A stretch of 64,000 nucleotides of DNA from the human T2T-CHM13v2.0 reference genome, Homo sapiens, in contig CP068257.2 in NCBI GenBank assembly GCA_009914755.4, forward strand, positions 42,880,001 to 42,944,000, read 5' to 3'. The position numbers were made by a program, and so were the translations under genes. Shown one piece after another: positions 61,095 to 64,000 of the stretch (position 1 is its first letter; each line of letters starts with the position of its first letter). Below the pieces are notes generated by a model. The model made no database searches. It was given only the letters and a program-made list of their open reading frames with translations, and had not been told where the DNA came from.

Positions 61095-63185
61095 CCCTCC
61101 CTGGCGTGTGTTGTCCTGACAGGAGGCTCCACAAGCTTCTCTTCCTTGTTGGTGTTTAGAGCTGGTGGCTGGAGATGCGTCATTCATGCTGGTTTATCTG
61201 TTTGTTTTTCCCTCATTAAACTTGTGTGTATGTTGCAGGGCCGTGTTTCTTCATCGGTTCTTATTTTAGCCCCAGAAATGTGGTGGAAAATATTTCAAGC
61301 AAACTTTTGTTGAGTAGAGGTTTTAGAGATGAAGACTTCTCTAAAGGGAGGAATTCTAGTTTCACCTATCCTGTGTTTGGACTGATTGGATATATTTTAT
61401 TACTTTTAGCATATTAAAATATAAATAGGTAGAAAAATATACATTTCTTATAAAATGCAGCTGGCACAGAGGGTACGATGAAGCTAAGTGGCCCTCTCTT
61501 CAACCCCTTGTGCCTCGTAAGGGGAATGCTCAGAGATTTGGTATCTGGTGGATCTGTGCTTTATCCTTGTCTCTTCAGCTCTTCCATGCCACCCTCAGAG
61601 CCCTCTCTCTGTTTTATATGAAGCTGCGCTCTGGGTTTTCTCCATTTTTATTTCCTCATGGTGACAGATCAAGTACTTTTTCACATATGGTGATTTTAGG
61701 ACATACATTTTAAGATTTCTTTCTTGCCTAAAAATGTACTCAACTTTACCCTCACACTTATATGATAGTTTAGCTGGGTATATAATTCTGGTTTTAAGTC
61801 AGAATTATTATTATAAATAATAACAAAAAATCTGTTTTCTCAAAATGATGAACCTGTGTCACCATTTTTCTGTAGTGTCCAGCGTTGCTGATGAGAGACT
61901 GAGGTTGGTCATTTGTCATTTTTTATAGTTTGTCTCTCTCTCTCCGTTTAACTCTCTGGGAACATTTGGTTTTCTTTTTATTCTTCTTTTGTTTCTATGC
62001 GTGTGCATTATTTTACTTTCTGTGGTTAGAATTCATTGAGCCTTTCAATGTGGAGACTCAGGAAGTGTTTTGCGCTCTTAAAAATAACTCTTATCTCTCA
62101 AGGTCTTTCCTTTTGTGACTTTAATTTTGTCTCACGATGAATGAAATACATTTTTGGCTCACTGTAATGATGTTATGTTGAGCATTTAAACGTTTTTCCC
62201 CTCGTTTCACTGGACATCAGTTAAGCTCTGCTCATTGGTGGCAGTTCATTTGATTTTCTGAGTAAAAGACTATTTTATTCCAGGGCATTGGGGTCCTGAT
62301 CCAGTTTACATTCTAATTTGTTTCCATCTGTTTCTCTTTTCTACAAATATATAAAGGATTTTAAAGAGCCTCCCTTTTTGTTAGACAATTTTGATTTTAT
62401 TTTTTATAACTCTTTGAATATCCTTTCAGTGATTATTAGTAGAGGTTGTGCGAGAACTGTGTGCTTAACCCACTTTCTGGGACTGAAGGACTCGATGCTC
62501 CTTTCAGGAAATGACAGGAAAGCCAGGAAGGCTAGGATGACGTCATATCAGCGGGTGTGCTACAGACATGCACGGCGCAGGTGCGGTCTCCACATCAGCC
62601 ACCGCGTGAGTGGTGACTCTGCAGCCCATTTTGACAGTTGCAGAAATGATGAGAGAAGATAAGTAACCTTGAAAGAGGACAGCTGGCCAGCAGTGAACCT
62701 GACAACCGCGAGCTCTCACTCCTTTCCCTCACCGCCATACATGGCTCCGTTCTGTCACACAGCTCCCAGAAGAGTGCGTGCTTCCTGAGTGGCAGGCAGG
62801 GAGGGAGGTGGTCCTGAGCCAGCGGGATGTGGTAAGGCTGACATGGCTTCTGGGACAAGCCCTGGGGCCTGTATGATAATTTGCTTTAGTTTTCCCATCG
62901 CTATCTCTGGCAGCCTCCTTAATCGAATGGGTGTGGTGATTCCTTGTCTCTTTATTCCTATTTGTGATCCACGCCCTCTGTCGCTCCCTTCTCCTGGTGT
63001 CTGGACCACCCATCACTGTCCAAAGTGTCTTTCCACAGTCATTGCTGTGCCCACAACAGCTCCAGGATCTCAGTGTGCCTGATCTAAGTCCACGCCCTGC
63101 GCTCAGTGGAGACGTGTCTTTTTGGATCATGGAAATTTTCACTGGGGGCCACCATGGCAGTTTCCACGGACAATTGAATGATCAC

Positions 63186-63260
63186 ACCAATTTCTTTCTT
63201 TCTCTCTTTCTTTCTCTTTCTTTCTTTTCTTCCTTCTTTCTTTCTTTTCTTTTCTTTTTT
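63186..63260. repeat. (TTTC)n / (CTTT)n polypyrimidine microsatellite, read (GAAA)n on the minus strand. It forms the tail region of the adjacent antisense Alu.
   Basis: The sequence is tttctttctttctctctttctttctctttctttcttttcttcc... Confidence 0.85.
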
Positions 63261-63261
63261 G

Positions 63262-63548
63262 ACACATAGTCTCACTCTGTCACCCAGGCTGGAGTGCAGT
63301 GGTGCTGCAGGCCCCACCTCCCGGGTTCAAGCGATTCTCCTCCCTCAGCCTCCCGAGTAGCTGGGATTACAGGTGTGTGCCACCACATCCAGCTATTTTT
63401 CTTTCTTTCTTTCTTTTTTGTATTTTTAGTAGAGATGGGGTTTGGCCATTTTGGCCAGGCTGGTCTCGAACTTGTGGCCTCAAGTGATCCATCTGTTTCA
63501 GTCTCCCAAAAGTGCAGGCATTACAGATGTGAGCCACTGCACCCGGCC
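63262..63548 (-). mobile_element. Full-length Alu SINE, antisense.
   Basis: The sequence starts gacacatagtctcactctgtcacccaggctggagtgcagtgg and ends ...gcattacagatgtgagccactgcacccggcc. Confidence 0.9.
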
Positions 63549-64000
63549 AGATCACATCATTTCTTAAATCAAGCAGACACTCTGGGGATCTGAGCTGAGC
63601 TGAGCTGCAGGGATTAAACAGCCCTGGCTGGGGGAGGGAGGTGCTGGGAGGGGATGTGAGTCTGGAGGGCAGGGTGGCCCACGGCCGTGTCTTCTGCAAG
63701 TGACACACGTTTGGATTCTTCTTTTCCAAAATGTAGTCTTTTGTTTTATTTGACTCCCTTTCATCGTGGCTGGCTGCCCAGCACAACTCTGGAGACGCGA
63801 TGACAGCAGCCCTCTGGTCTTGTTTCCAAAGTTAACAGAAGCACCTCCTGCAGCTCCGCACTAAGCCGGTGTTGGCTGGTTTGTCGCAAAGCCTTGGTCT
63901 CGTGCATGCAGTGTTTTTTCACTCTAGTTTACCAAGAATTTTGCCTCAGGCTTTTAAAGAAGGAGTGAGTTTGTTCATGTATGTGTGTGTGTGAATGTGT

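Overview
The window is human (primate-type Alu and L1 repeats, GT-AG introns) and matches chromosome 21q22.3. It holds five intronless, cysteine-rich keratin-associated protein genes of the KRTAP10 family. Their coding lengths are 282, 255, 221, 401 and 271 aa, on strands -,-,-,+,-, which fits KRTAP10-1 to KRTAP10-5. They are nested in introns of a minus-strand multi-exon host gene whose exons encode a thrombospondin-N/laminin-G-like domain followed by EAR repeats, consistent with TSPEAR. I can define six host exons: 48189-48409, 14078-14316, 8845-8976, 7685-7911, 6046-6232 and 2276-2505, all on the minus strand. KRTAP10-1, -2 and -3 sit in the intron between the 48 kb and 14 kb exons. KRTAP10-4 and -5 sit in the next intron upstream. 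Each KRTAP gene has its own TATA box about 90-130 bp 5' of the ATG, a CACTCA-repeat 5' UTR and an AATAAA signal. The remainder is intronic repeat sequence: Alu, L1, a THE1/MST-type LTR, microsatellites and minisatellites. The most striking unexplained structure is a roughly 2.45 kb degenerate (GTCA)n array at 3331-5776. I see no evidence of a new biological system; this is a known, annotated eukaryotic locus. Worth a second look are a probable GC-AG intron in the host gene, a splice-phase conflict between two confidently recognised host exons, variable 5' UTR repeat expansions, an internal duplication that makes KRTAP10-4 401 aa, and several G-rich/GC-rich minisatellites. Note that the ORF track labels GTG/TTG starts as M (for example at 14295 and 48380). 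Many long ORFs here are frame artefacts of the low-complexity CCQ repeats.
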